Positions 20,225 to 32,929 of a DNA stretch of 64,000 nt are shown in pieces. The DNA is from the human T2T-CHM13v2.0 reference genome, Homo sapiens. The notes beneath the pieces were generated by a model, which worked only from the letters and a program-made list of their open reading frames with translations, made no database searches and was not told the DNA's origin. The stretch is from NCBI RefSeq assembly GCF_009914755.1, contig NC_060926.1; one strand, given 5' to 3'. How positions within the stretch are numbered: position 1 is the stretch's first letter; each line of letters opens with the position of its first letter. The position numbers were made by a program, and so were the translations under genes.

Positions 20225-21850
20225 GATGGCCATTTAAAGCCAATCAACCAATTCTTCCTCCTCCCCAAATTTCTCTGAAATGACTAAAATACAAGCTTAA
20301 ATTGTATTTTTAAACTTTATTAGTGCTGAAAAACAGGAAAGATACTTGTCATTAATACAAATATTTTTAAAGGATTTATTTAAGATGTAGTAAAGGTAAG
20401 ATCAGGTTATGGAAAATAATAACCATTTGTCAAATCAATCAAAGTGATGGAGGTAAAGAAGGGACCCTATTGGCTTCTAAGTGAGCAGGGCTTTCCAACA
20501 GAGCTCTGGAAACTACTGAGCTAAAACTGCCAGGAGCTGTACAAATTCAAGAAATGAAAAGATTTCAGAAACTGCCCCAGTGCCCACCCAGATATATAGA
20601 AACTCACTGCGGCACTCATTTTCATCCTTCCAGCTAATGTGGCCAGCCCACAGGAAAGCCACGGGCCTTGCCACTCCAGACTCATACAAACACAGCCATG
20701 TCAGTAAGACAAGGAGTGAGATCTCACACACACCCATAAATGGTAAGAGAGTTAGGCCAAATCCCATTTTCTCTGATAGCTGTTTCCATTCTTCCCTTGA
20801 ATAGAAGACTTTTTGATGGATTACAGGCATCCCAACCTTCCATTTCTTAGGGTAGTGGGTGGGGATAGGCCATAGATCAGGTGGCAGAAAACAAATCACT
20901 TAAACAACTTCAGGAACTGCAAGTATAAATATGGACACATACACACAACCTTTGCAGCAAAGCTAATTTTCCTGCCAAAATAAGAAAGTTCTTTCTTATA
21001 GCCAACATCCTAATTCTCAATTTCTGGCACTAAGGATAATACAGGAAACAAAATAGATACAAATTCCCACTCTTTCATGCTAATATTCTAAAATAAGCTT
21101 ATTTTATTTTCTACCTAAAACTGGCCCTCTAGTTTGTATTGCAGCTGGGGAAAGAAGAACTGCATCTAGAAAAATATAACAATTATTACATCCATAAAAA
21201 AGATAAACCAAAGACAAGGAAAGAAGTTTTTCAGATGAAAAAAATATATGACAACTAAACTAAAAAATTGAGCTGAGGCAGTAAAGAACAGAGTGGATAC
21301 TGTAGCAAAACAAATATTTGATTCAGAAACAGGAATAATCAAACTTTGTCTATAAGGGATAAGCTAGTAAATATTTTAAACTGTGGATTCGACATAACAG
21401 TCCCTCTTGCTACTGCTGCTGCTGTTTCTGCTTCTTCTTTTTTAAACATTCAGAGAAAAGAAATGTTTACATCCTAAAGAAAAATAAAAACTATATTCAC
21501 ATCAGACTTATTTTTTGTTATATTAATTACCAGAGGACAACAGAGCAATACCTCCATTTTTACAAGTTGGGGATCTAGCTAAGCCATGCCTTGCAGGTGC
21601 CAGAGAAACAGAAAGAGTTTCCAATGTTTAATGACCCAATAGTATACTAGCTGCTTATCCTTCCAGGATACAAATATCTGAAGATGTACTTAGATGACAG
21701 AAAAACACATTTTTTTTAAAGCAGCTCAAGAAGAAAATTGAGGCTTAAAATCCAGTGACAAACTTTTAAGATGTTGGCATAAGTCTGAGTTTAGGAAACA
21801 CATTCCGTTCTTTCAAATAGAAAAAAATTAAAACGCTAAAGACATGGAAG
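20225..21850 (+). mobile_element. HAL1/L1ME-like 5'/ORF1 remnant with a MER58 fragment at ~21330-21450
   Basis: A-rich ORF1-like text (GAACAGAGTGGATACTGTAGCAAAAC; CACATCAGACTTATTT). CAGG..AAACTTTGTCTATAAGGG is a MER58 start. Confidence 0.5.
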
Positions 21851-22139
21851 TAAAAAATTGGTAAGGACTTCAGATTCACAGTTCATGCTCTGGAGTGTGT
21901 GCCTCAAATACAGAAGAACTTTTTTAAAAATTTAGAGAGGATATCAGGTTTCCAGCTTCTGAGGATAACTGAGGATTGGCTCACTTAGCCGTTTCTTTCT
22001 CTACCTCAAGACATGTCATTCAAGGGCCTTCTTTAGTTATGCTTTAATGCACTTGTGGTTGCAATATTTCCGTGGGAAGTATCCCAGAAGTATCCCCCAG
22101 GTTATAGTGGCGGGCTTTAACAGAAGCACATACTACATG

Positions 22140-22260
22140 ACTTCATTCATTTACTCACTTGCGAGATATAGCATGCCAGGCACTTTCTAGTGCTAGGGAT
22201 AAAAGGGAACAAAACAGACACTAATATCCACTTTCATAGTGCCTATATTCTAAAGTAAGC
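22140..22260 (-). mobile_element. L2 3' tail
   Basis: TTCATTCATTTACTCA..TGCCAGGCACT..TAGTGCTAGGGATA. Confidence 0.75.
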
Positions 22261-22467
22261 TTATCGTCTCTTCTACTTGAAGCCTTGCCCCCATTTTGTG
22301 TTGCAAAGAAAAGCAGGGCTGCAGGAAAAGCCTCCCAACCAATAAGGGCTCTTTGTTTTATTTTTCTTCTTGCTTTATTTCTAACTTTGATTTTGAAGGT
22401 GTTAAGAAAAAGATCTCTCGGCAACCCCACTTTACTGGTGAGAAGTAGAAGTGACCACTAGAGAAAG

Positions 22468-22735
22468 CAGTATATTAGTTAAGAATCAGAGGTGTGGAAT
22501 CAGGGCATCTGGCTTTGAACTCTGATTTCATCAGTCAGAGATACTAGCTATAGGACCTCAAGCAAATTCCTGAACTTCCTGGGCCTCAGTTTTCTTGTCT
22601 ACATGATAAAGACTGATAAGATTTGCCTTAGGAAGTTGTCGTGGGGATTAAATAATATATACGGTAAAAAGGGCTGAGAATAGTGTCAGGTATGTAAAAA
22701 GTGCCCAGTAATCCCTACACTCACATTTCATTGTT
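22468..22735 (+). mobile_element. MIR SINE
   Basis: GGGCCTCAGTTTTCTTGTCT..GGGGATTAAATAA. Confidence 0.85.
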
Positions 22736-23092
22736 ACAGTTAATTCAAAACGATAAGCCCTTTGAAATATGGCTATAATAATCTAATAATAACAATGGTG
22801 ACTGATCACTGAACCTTTATTTCCTTATTTTTTAAATGAACATAATAGGAGTACTCCTAATTCCCTCTCTGCAGTGTGCGCACACACATGCGGTTGTGAA
22901 GATATAAAGAAGAAAAGAATCATCATTTAGAAATCATTACAAGCCAACTATAACTTGAACTCAGGTAATTCTGACTCCAGAAATTTTCAGTTCTGCTTGT
23001 GCTGCCTCCTTAGAAAAAGTGTCTTAATTCATTAGTCCAAATAACCCAATTCAACTTAATCCCCTTGGGACAATGCAAAAGCTTTGAGCTGA

Positions 23093-23408
<316 letters not shown>

Positions 23409-23774
23409 GGCCTTTTTGTTTTTTAATGACAAAAGGCTTTTATGAAAAGAAAAGTATAGTTTAGAAAATGGCATTATGACATTATAGGATATAAAAATAA
23501 AGCAGACTGAGCCCTTTGGGAAGAACCCATTGCCCTCAGAGAAGAGCTTAATATATCACACTAAGAGAAAAGCAATCCTTAGAAAAGGGCAAAACCAATC
23601 ATCTGACAGGAACCACACACTGGACAGGGTGTTGAGCTACCAGCTCAAGGGCAGAGAAAGAGCAAGAGATACAGGGAGGTCATGACAGAAGGGTGCCATT
23701 GGAAGGGCCACTGGCCTTACAGTGGCCTCCACCTCTGTTTAACACTAATCGTAGCAAGAGTAAGCACTTAACAG

Positions 23775-23980
23775 TGTTTTAACACTAATAATATCAATGG
23801 TAAGCCCTATAAAATGCCTGCTTCACAAGGGGCATTGTGCTGATGGCTTTATTGCATTCAAATCTCACATTATTAAGGAAGATCCTATTGTTATTCTAAT
23901 TTCTAGATTAGAGTAGTGAAGCTCGGGGAGGTTAGAATATTATCCCAAGAATATAAAACTAATAAGTGGAGTTGCTAGGA
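23775..23980 (-). mobile_element. MIR SINE
   Basis: GAAGCTCGGGGAGGTTAGAATATTATCCCAAGA..CTAATAAGTGG. Confidence 0.65.
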
Positions 23981-24758
23981 ACTAAATAATGAATTCTTGA
24001 GAAGCAAGTCACTAAATTGAATTAAACAAAATTAATTATTTTTATTTAATTAGCATGAATCATTTTTCAAGGAAGAAAGTATATTGTGACACTGATTTTA
24101 ACACAATTTCTTTATAATCATTTAATTACCCACTTAGAATCATGCATGTACGCATTTAGCCAACATTTTCAAAGGGGCTACTAAATACAAAACACTTAGC
24201 TTGGCAATGTAGGAGGTTGGGTTTTCTAATCCCAAAAAACGATCAAGTTACAATAGAAGATACTCCTAACATTCCCAAGAAGTACTTCTCCACACCAGAA
24301 GAGTGCATTGGCTAACATAAGTAAATGTAGAAGCCCTTGTATAACCTGTTGCCAGATTCAAGCACATCCATCTCCTGCCTTCCTGCACAGCCTAACGTTG
24401 CCTGAACCTTCTCCCATAGGAGAACACAGACTCATGCTGTCTCAGACTTTACTAGATAATATTAAGATAAGTTTTTCTGACTTCAGTGCTGTGATATTTA
24501 ACAAAATGCTGAGAAAATTAAGAAAATGTTATCTACTAACTAGAGGGCAATTTTATAAAATGTAAAAATAAAAGGAAGAGAGATTGGGCAGAAGGAAGTG
24601 GAGAGGCAATGCAGCCCCACTAAAATCTCAGTCAACCCCATAGGAAACTCCAGTGCTGGATGCTCCTTCAGAGTTATCTTCAGTAGGGGTGAAGGGGTCA
24701 GACTCTCATACCTCCATGTTGGTTAGACAATGGACGCAAGTTGCCCTTGGAAGGACCT

Positions 24759-25508
24759 TGTATTAGTCAGGGTTCTCCAGAGGGAAAGGACTAAGAGGAT
24801 ATATTTTTATATACATACACATATATATATATATATATAAATAAAAGGAATATATATCTATATTTATATATATCTAATTATATATATATAAATTATATAT
24901 ATCTAATTATATATATATAAATTATATATATTTATATATGTATATATATAAAAGGAAGTTCATATATATATATAAAAGGAAGTATATATATATGTATATA
25001 TACATATATATATACAAAGGAAGTTTATTAAGGAGAATTGGCTCACATGATCATAAGGTGAAGTCCCACAACAGGCTGTCTTCAAGCTGAGGAGTCAGGA
25101 AGCCAGTAGCGGCTCAGTCAAAGTCCCAAAGCCTCAAAGGTAGGGAAATCGACAGTGTAGCCTTCAGTCTGTGGCCAAGAGCCCGAGAGCCCCTGGCAAA
25201 CGAAAGTCCAAGAGTCCAAAGGCCAAAGAACCTGGAGTCTGATCAAGGGTAGGAAGCATCCAGCACGGGAGAAAGATGAATGCTGGAAGATTCAGCAAGC
25301 CAGCTTATTCCACTTTCTTCCACCTGCTTTTTCCAGCCATGTTGGCAGTCAACTGGATGGTGGTCACCCACATTGAGGGTGGGTCTTGCTCTCCCAGCCC
25401 ACTGACTCAAATGTTAATCTCCCCTGGCAACACCCTCACAGACATATCCGGAAATAATACTTTGCATCCTTCAATCCAACAAGTTGACACTTAATATTAA
25501 CCATCACA
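24759..25508 (-). mobile_element. MLT2A (HERV-L) solo LTR inserted in the 3' LTR16
   Basis: TGTATTAGTCAGGGTTCTCC...TTAATATTAACCATCACA; perfect 5-bp TSD GACCT (24754-24758, 25509-25513). Confidence 0.96.
24805..25022. repeat. Expanded compound (TA)n inside MLT2A
   Basis: TA runs with repeated AAAGGAA and a duplicated 27-bp unit. Confidence 0.95.
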
Positions 25509-26780
25509 GACCTTCAGTGAAAGAGTGTTTTTCCTGGCTCTATCTTCCAAAAGAAATTCTCAAAGAGGGCTGATAACTGATTGCTATCTTTTAGTAACTC
25601 TCAGGAACTGATTAAATAAATCCTTAATTTCTAAAGAGGGGAGGTCAAGGCAGTGCACCACAATCACAACAGTTCATACTGTGTGCCACCTGGATACTTT
25701 TCTTTCATATCTTCTTCTTTTCTGAGAGCAGCTCCTGCAGGACTCCAGTGCTCTTACCTTCCTGGGGGACATGTAGAAGGAGAAATTTAGTGGAATGGCC
25801 TATAGCCCCTGTTACTGTATCTGGTCTTAGAGCCACAGGTACTAACATTGTCTGCCTTTTCCTCCCAGTCTAAATTCCCTTCACCCTCATCCTGCACAAG
25901 GCTGATCTTACTGATGTAGCTGCATGACCCAGACCCTCATCCCTGATGGGGTTTGCTAAGCCCCTAATAACTATGCTTTTCTCAGGTCACGGTTACTGAA
26001 TTTGTCCTTCCATCAAAATTGGTCAAAGTTTTACCAAGAGACGTCCAAGTGGTCACTTGGATTCTAGAGGTTATCTTCCCTGTCCCACTGAGTGACAGCA
26101 GCCCTGTTTCCCATAATGATCACAATCAGTTGCTCCTACAGCATGGGGACTCCGGTTTTGCCACTGCTCCCTTGGCATGAGAAGTGCAATGTACATACAC
26201 AGCAGCCATAGCTACAGTTTGATGAAACCCTTGCTATGGCCGCTGGTAGAATTCTTTCCCCTCTCTATGAATATTCACTTATAAACCTGCATAGCCCAGA
26301 GTTTCAGGATGGGGAGCACAAATTTCCTAAGTGGGTCATTGGAGGGATGGTAAGTAGAGTTAATCCTGCTTCTAACCCTTGGTACCCACGAATCATCTAT
26401 TCCATCTATTATTCTATCTACAAATCTTTAATTTAAATTGAATCACTTCATCCTGTATGATGTTGCTTCATCTTTTTATTATCACTTCTGACCTGCAGCT
26501 TCAGCAATGCCATCGATAGGCCATTCCATCACACCATCAAGCTGTCAGCTTCAGCATGGAGCAATAGTCCCACTGTTATGGGCCCACTCTCACTCTCACA
26601 CTTCCTTTACTGAAAATTAGCTAACCAGAAGCAATATTATGTGGGATGTCATGCTGGTAGATTAAAAACTCTGTAAGCATGCAGTTACTGCTGCTGGCTC
26701 AGGAAAGGTAAACTCTTATTGGGAATTCACGTCTGGTCTTTTCAAAATGAATTGCTGCCCCTTCCAGAAAGGAAAGAGTC

Positions 26781-27100
26781 GGCCAGGCGCGGTGGCTCAT
26801 GCCTGTAATCCCAGCACTTTGGGAGGCCGAGGCGGGTGGATCACGAGGTCAGGAGATCGAGACCACGGTGAAACCCCGTCTGTACTAAAAATACAAAAAA
26901 TTAGCCGGGCGTGGTGGCGGGCGCCTGTATTCCAGCTACTCAGGAGGCTGAGGGAGGAGAATGGCATGACCCCGGGAGGCGGAGCTGCACTGCAGTGAGC
27001 TGAGCTCGCACCACTGCACTCCAGCCTGGGCGATACAGTAAGACTCCATCTCAAAAAAAAAGAAGAAAGAAGGAAGGAAGGAAGGAAGGAAGGAAGGAAG
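26781..27100 (+). mobile_element. AluY with 12-bp left-arm deletion (AluYd-like), (GGAA)n tail
   Basis: GATCACGAGGTCAGGAGATCGAGACCACGGTGAAA lacks TCCTGGCTAACA. Confidence 0.92.
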
Positions 27101-28058
27101 GAGAGTCTAAGATAGTTAAAGTAGCTAGGAAGGAAGGAAAGAAAAGAAAAGAAAAAGGAAAAGAAAAGAAAAAAGAAAAGAAAAGAAAAGAGTCTAAGAT
27201 AGTTAAAGTAGCTAGTTGGTGACCTCAGAAGATGATGTCATGTTGAGGGATCACTGTTGGTCTCAGTCACTGACAGTTGGCCATTCAGCAATATCAGTAG
27301 TTAATCAACCATAATATGTAAGAGTTCAAATTGCTGGGCCTATGCATTTCTCTATGCCTGTCACCAAGGCTATTTCATCCACATGACCATTGGCCCAGCA
27401 TTACTGTGGCTGATGACAGAACTTAGCTGACATCAATTGGCTAAGACATTTTGTCTACCTGACTTTTTATTGTCTCTTTTTTGATGAATACTCTCTACTA
27501 GGTATTAACATAAAATATGACAATCTTCACATGTTGTGTCCACTCTCCTATGTCCACTCACATGCCTCTAATCCAGACCTCCTTGTCCTCAATTTTCTAA
27601 TATTTGTTCTTATATGATTTTGATCATGATATTCATGCTCAGCAATCCACTGTATTCTAACTTTAAACCACTTTTATTTCTACACAAAGTTAATAACCAT
27701 ATGCACCAACAAAAGCTCTGCCATTGTGAGCATTTTTCTCATCTCTTACAAGGCTACACTGGAGAGAGGCTTTAGTGGGGCCTCCATTAATTTTTGGTTT
27801 GCACTATTGAACTGGCCCATTGATGAGCCATATTCAGACCTTTTACTGCCTCTGTGACAGTATGGCAGTCTCACAGAGGCAGGCAATAGGAGCTGAGGGA
27901 GAGACACTGGAGGAATAGTGGTAAATAACTTGGGCCTCTGAGTAACTGCTTGCACAGCTTGTTTCTATCCCCCAGTCATAATCAGAATTGATCCCACAGT
28001 TATTGCTCCCATTATGCAATGACTTGTTGTTGGTTCTCACAACTTATTATTTGGCAGG

Positions 28059-28418
28059 TGATATGGTTTGACTCTGTGTCCCCACTCAAATCTCACCTTG
28101 AATTGTAATAATCCCCATGTGTCAAGGGTGGGACCAGGTGGAGATAATTGAATCATGGGAGCGGTTTCCCCCATTCTGTTCTCATGATAGCAAGTGAGTC
28201 TCAGAGATCTGATGGTTGTATAAGCGTCTGGCATTTCCCCTCATTCTTACACTCATTCTCTCTCCTGCCACCCTGTGAAGAGGTTCCTTTTGTCATGATT
28301 GTAAGTTTCCTGAGGCCTCCCCAGCCATGTAGAATTGTGAGTCAATTAAACCTCTTTCCTTTATAAACTGCCCAGTCTCGAGCAGTTCTTTATAGCAGCT
28401 TGAGAATGGACTAACAGT
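28059..28418 (+). mobile_element. THE1C/D (MaLR) solo LTR inserted in ERV-L pol
   Basis: TGATATGGTTTG...GAATGGACTAAC; TSD GCAGG/GTAGG. Confidence 0.93.
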
Positions 28419-29779
28419 GTAGGTCTAAGAGAAGCACATTCATAAAAAGAAGTTACGGCTGCATGGTTGCTTGGTGTCCCACAGTCAGCTGCTCTGTCTT
28501 TATCAGGACCCAGGAGAATGCCAGAAGTTGTTTCTTCAAAAGGTATATAATATTATACAGTGTATCATGCATTGTCTTGCTCCAAAATCCTAGAGAGTCT
28601 GTATAGTGGTTCTCTTACTGGGGCAAGCCATAAAATCCATATGGTATCTTTTTCCAAAAAATAATACAACTAATAGCCTCTATTTGCTTAGGTGTCCAGT
28701 CATCCCTGCTGCAATTAGTGATTCCAGTTCTATAATGGTATCACCTACTCTCAGTCCTGGCCCACAGAGGAGAGCTACTACTGACCATCTAAGTTGTATT
28801 AGTGCCCCTTTTTCCAGTACATTCTTATTGCTTTAGTAAGTAACATACCTTCAAGTCCTTTCTGTGGAATATTTGGTGGGTTTTATTGACAGTAATTGTT
28901 GAATGCATTCTATCATGCTCATTTTTCTGAGCCTTTTAATTCATTCTTCTACCATCTTCTGTGGAAATTCTAGTATTTCTGCATCACTTAGTTTAGATCA
29001 TTGTTTTCTTCCTATTAATATATTTAGGAGCTATACTAGCAGTGTATTCACTCAAGGGACACTCAGCAGGGTGATCAAATATGTATTTTGGAAAGTGCTT
29101 TAACCTACCTAAACCCTTTTTATTCAAACTTAGTCCCACGACCTTTGGTCCAGCATGCTCAAAATCCAGTCCCATGCTTCTGGGACAGTAAGTCCCAGCT
29201 TCTGCCAGTGCATGTTAGCTAGGTCCTTCATTCCTTTGAGAGATAGTTCCTTTCTTCCCTTAGTAGGCTCAATACTTCCCCAGATGGATTATAAAGTGAC
29301 TTTGCCACAGTTATTTCCTCAAAGCCCAGGAATGGTGGTTAAGAGCATATACAAGAGGGAAATACCTGTTATATTGTGATGGAGAGGCCTCTGCCTAATG
29401 GTCTAGCAAGGTAGGTGTGCTATCCCTTTATAAGAATGAGTGAACTTCTTTCTCAGGCTTATAGGGTTAAGGAGAATCTCGAAACTCAACATAATCAGGC
29501 ATCAATCCGGACAGCCTCATCCCATGTGCCAGGATCTCAGACATTGCTTTGGTTGGGAATTGAAACTTTAGCTTGATTGTTCTTATGATTAAGTCTCAGA
29601 CCTAGTCCTCAACTTCTCTTCCCTTCTGCTACAGGAAGTAAGAACTTCTTCATATGCTACCCAACAGGTCCTCTAGCCTTCATACTTAACTTGTATTTGC
29701 TGACTGATTACTTTGTCCAGCGTATCAGTGGAGCTTGGCAATAGCTCCTCTGTTTTCTTCATCCACTCTTAATACCAGC

Positions 29780-30231
29780 TGTAACATGGTAGGTTCTCTG
29801 AGAAGCAGAGTTTGAGATAAGGGATTAACATACAGGACATTGAATAGAGAGTTCTCTTGGGGTCAAAAATAGTGGAAAGGAAGAGAAGAAGGCAAGATAT
29901 TCAGAGGGTAAAGTTGAGCTGCAATGCAGTTCCAAGAAAGTCCTCAGCCAATGTGCAAAAGGATTTCTGGAGGTGGGATGGGCTTCAGAGTTGTCCTGAG
30001 TTAGAACAAAAGGACCAGACCTTTATATCCCTTTGTTGATCTGTATTTGGGTGTCGCCTGCCCTTGGAAGGAAGTTTGACCTTAGGCAAGACAATATTCT
30101 TCATTCAAAGCAATCCCCAAAGAGGGCTAGCAGCTGAGTGCCCTTGTCCCGCAACACTCTCAACAGCTGGGGGAATAAGATCTTTATTCCTGATAGTGGA
30201 TCTGGTAGCATTTTACGAATCTTCTTCTACA
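29780..30231 (-). mobile_element. 5' LTR (LTR16-type)
   Basis: TG..CA termini; CTTCAGAGTTGTCC, TGCCCTTGGAAGG and AAAGAGGGCT shared with the other LTR. Confidence 0.88.
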
Positions 30232-31116
30232 ATCAGCCTAAATTTCCTGAAGGATATGGTATCATGAGAATGTCTTTAAAAGGGACATACAAACCAAACT
30301 AGTCTGCTTGCTTATCACTTGTCTTCTCAAAGAAAGTACATTATGTTGGACTAATCCCGAAATAGTTCTATAAAAAACATTTATAAGTGTTCATTTAAGT
30401 TGTCCCCAACCCAGGCCTTTATATGTCTCTAGCTTCTTCTGAATCAGAATATTTATCTACAATCCAGGATGGAGGAAACAAATGGCAATAAAGAACACTA
30501 AAATAACAGTGAAAAACTTCATAAGGGATACAATATTATTATGAGAGAGAAAAAGATTTCATTATTTCAGAAAAGCGGTTTGCCAAATTTCTGCTTATCC
30601 CTTCAATAAAGATAATACATTTAACAATTTCACCTCACTGTTGGAAATCACTTATAAGTTGTCAATTTACATAGTTAATGCCATAGAAACCCTGTCTGAC
30701 TTATTTTATTCTCAACATCAACAATTTCTCACTGTCACTTTTTTCCCAAAAATAAAATTGTCCTTACTATAAGAATATGTCTTAGGAATAATCATTCTTA
30801 GCAGGTTAAATTTTGCTCTACTTTTTTCTCTCAAGTTTTAAGCTCTTCCAATAAGAACAATTCCAGTTTACCTGTTAAAGATCAAGGTGTATGTTCCATT
30901 TCTTTTGTAAGCAAATACTAATGCACTACGTGGCTTTAATTTCTTATTTTTACTACTTCTGATTTATTATAAAGCTATTGTTATATATAACCACTGTTTC
31001 TTTTTATTTTTAATTCCTTATCATTAGAATAGTTCATTTATTATCCAGTTATTTGTAAGTAAGCAAAACAAAAGGAAAACATCAGAGGTCAATTGACTCT
31101 CCTTAAAGACTTGCAT

Positions 31117-31340
31117 CGTGCACACATGGACATAAGTGTGGTAAAAATAGACACTGTGGACCATTAGAGGGTGGTGGGGGGTGCGTTAAAAAACTACCTA
31201 TTGGGTACTATGCTCACTACCAGGGTGACAGGATCCATAATCCAAGTACTGCAAACCTCAGCATCATGCAATAGTCCCATGTAACAAATCTGCACATGTA
31301 TCTACTGTATCTAAACTAAAAGTTGAAATAATTAAAAAAA
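31117..31340 (+). mobile_element. L1PB-like 3' end fragment
   Basis: AACTACCTATTGGGTACTATGCTCACTACC..CATGTAACAAATCTGCACATGTA plus A tail. Confidence 0.9.
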
Positions 31341-31669
31341 TCTCATATCAAACTAAAGGAGCTTCCCAGGGGTTAATGCATGACAACAACTCAGTCTATA
31401 GCATGGGTAAGGGGGAATATTAAATATACATACTACAGATTTTCAGATTACCAGTATTCACTTTTTTCAGAATGAATGGGTAGTTCTTATTCCATTTCCA
31501 AAAATGATATCAATTGCTTATGAAAATCCTTGGCATGGTATGCCTACAGGCCATAGATATCCTTAATTTTGAAACTGAAGTAAATTGACTTTTTCAAACA
31601 TTAGGCTCCTTTGTCATTCTAGATTTTATTCTCAAGTCTTTAAAACTTTAAAAATCAGATTCAGGAAGT

Positions 31670-32195
31670 TGTAGCTAGCTACTGCTTGCTTCCAGCATCC
31701 ATTCCATCCCAAGAAATAATAACCACTTTCTAAAACCATCCCTTCCCCGTTCCTTCCTCTCCAGCCCCCATGTAATTTTCCTCATGAATTGGCTCTGGTT
31801 GGTTTAAATAAATCAGGGGATTCAATCTCTTTGGCCAAATAGATTAGTTAAGGAATGGGCAGGTAACCCAAACAGAGCCAATGAAATCTATAGGCTTTCA
31901 AATTCTTTTTTTCTTCTGCAACTGGGATTTGGAAGAGGTAAAGCTTGGTGCTCCTATGTTCATATTGCTATCGCAATGCAACCAACCTAAAAATGTCAGC
32001 AATCACTGAGGAAAGTGCGAACAACAGACTCAGAGAACTTGTTCCTAACAACTTTGTTTAAGTATCTGAATTAAGCCATGCTGAAAGCTTGTCTTAATGC
32101 TGGACTGTCAGTTTTGTGACCTAATAAATTCTCCTTTCTGTTTAAGCTGGCTCAGTTAGATTTTCTGGCCAGCAGCCAAAGGAATACTAACTGAA
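31670..32195 (+). mobile_element. Old MLT1 (J/K-like) LTR
   Basis: GGAATGGGCAGGTAACCCAA..CCAATGA; AATAAATTCTCC..TGTTTAAGC..CTAACTGA. Confidence 0.75.
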
Positions 32196-32727
32196 ACCTA
32201 AGGGAAACTGGCCATTGATCCAAACGGCAATTGGGGTAGAATTAGCTCTTCATTAAAAATAGGCAAATGGGAAATTCCAAACACTATGTTAACCTTTTTA
32301 CTCCTTCTAGAATGTTTATGTATCACCAGGAACTCTTCAACAGGAATGAAGTGAATAAAAATATATACAAGGAAAGCCAAATGGGGAGTCATCAGGGAAA
32401 ATATCATTACCCTGCCGAAGTAAAATTACCTTGTTAAATTCACCAAAATCCGAGTTCTGTTTCTCAGTCTTGCATATTTAGAAATTGAAATAAAATAAAT
32501 TAGTATATCTTCATCAGTCTTTTGATGAGTACCAATATCAAACAAATTCACACTAGGCTAATATATAAAACCTAATGGCAATTTGGTTAAAAACAGTTCT
32601 CTATTCATTTAATTTCCAGGTGTCTAAATTCTCTGTTCAAAGTATTTCTTACCTTTTTTTTTTTTTTTTTTTTTTTTTGGTAAAGATGGATATAAAGCCA
32701 AAAGAGGGCATAAACCTGAAGCATATT

Positions 32728-32890
32728 TCAATGTTTCTCAAACAAAGACAGTAACTACTCCCAAAAGTATTTGAATTTAACAGTGACTGGTAGTATTTGT
32801 GGGGATATTACCGGGGCTTAGTGACCGGGGCTAAGATGCTACTCACATAGAAACACTCAGATCCTGAGCAAAATGCCAATACATACTAAG
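32728..32890. mobile_element. MER20-like hAT fragment
   Basis: CAATGTTTCTCAAAC..GGGGCTAAGATGCTA. Confidence 0.45.
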
Positions 32891-32929
32891 TTTGCAGTGA
32901 GGCCTCTCAGAATGTACAAATCCCCAGAT

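Larger units (their letters stand above)
24573..30231 (-). mobile_element. ERV-L provirus (LTR16 / HERV16-ERV3-16A3-like), two LTRs plus decayed gag-pol-dUTPase
   Basis: Homologous LTRs at 24573-25671 (interrupted) and 29780-30231. PBS-like TGGTATTAAGAGTGG follows the 5' LTR. Minus-strand remnants: LGFWSK/PFEKQLLA-like (28500-28620), KIEDKEVWIRGM (~27560-27600), WNGL integrase (~26520), dUTPase-like (~26080-26140). Confidence 0.88.

Noticed and set aside
23706-23727. 8-bp hairpin GGCCACTG/CAGTGGCC, and a similar one at ~46785-46810
   Set aside because: Too short to exceed chance expectation.
30250-30760. Possible very old LINE (CR1/RTE-X) RT remnant; similar hints at 42560-43400 and a possible DNA transposon at 36530-37200
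   Set aside because: Similarity is too faint to call by eye; needs an HMM search.
32654-32678. Orphan poly(T) tract (also 757-780) as a tail-only retroposition
   Set aside because: No TSD found; simple homopolymer expansion explains it.
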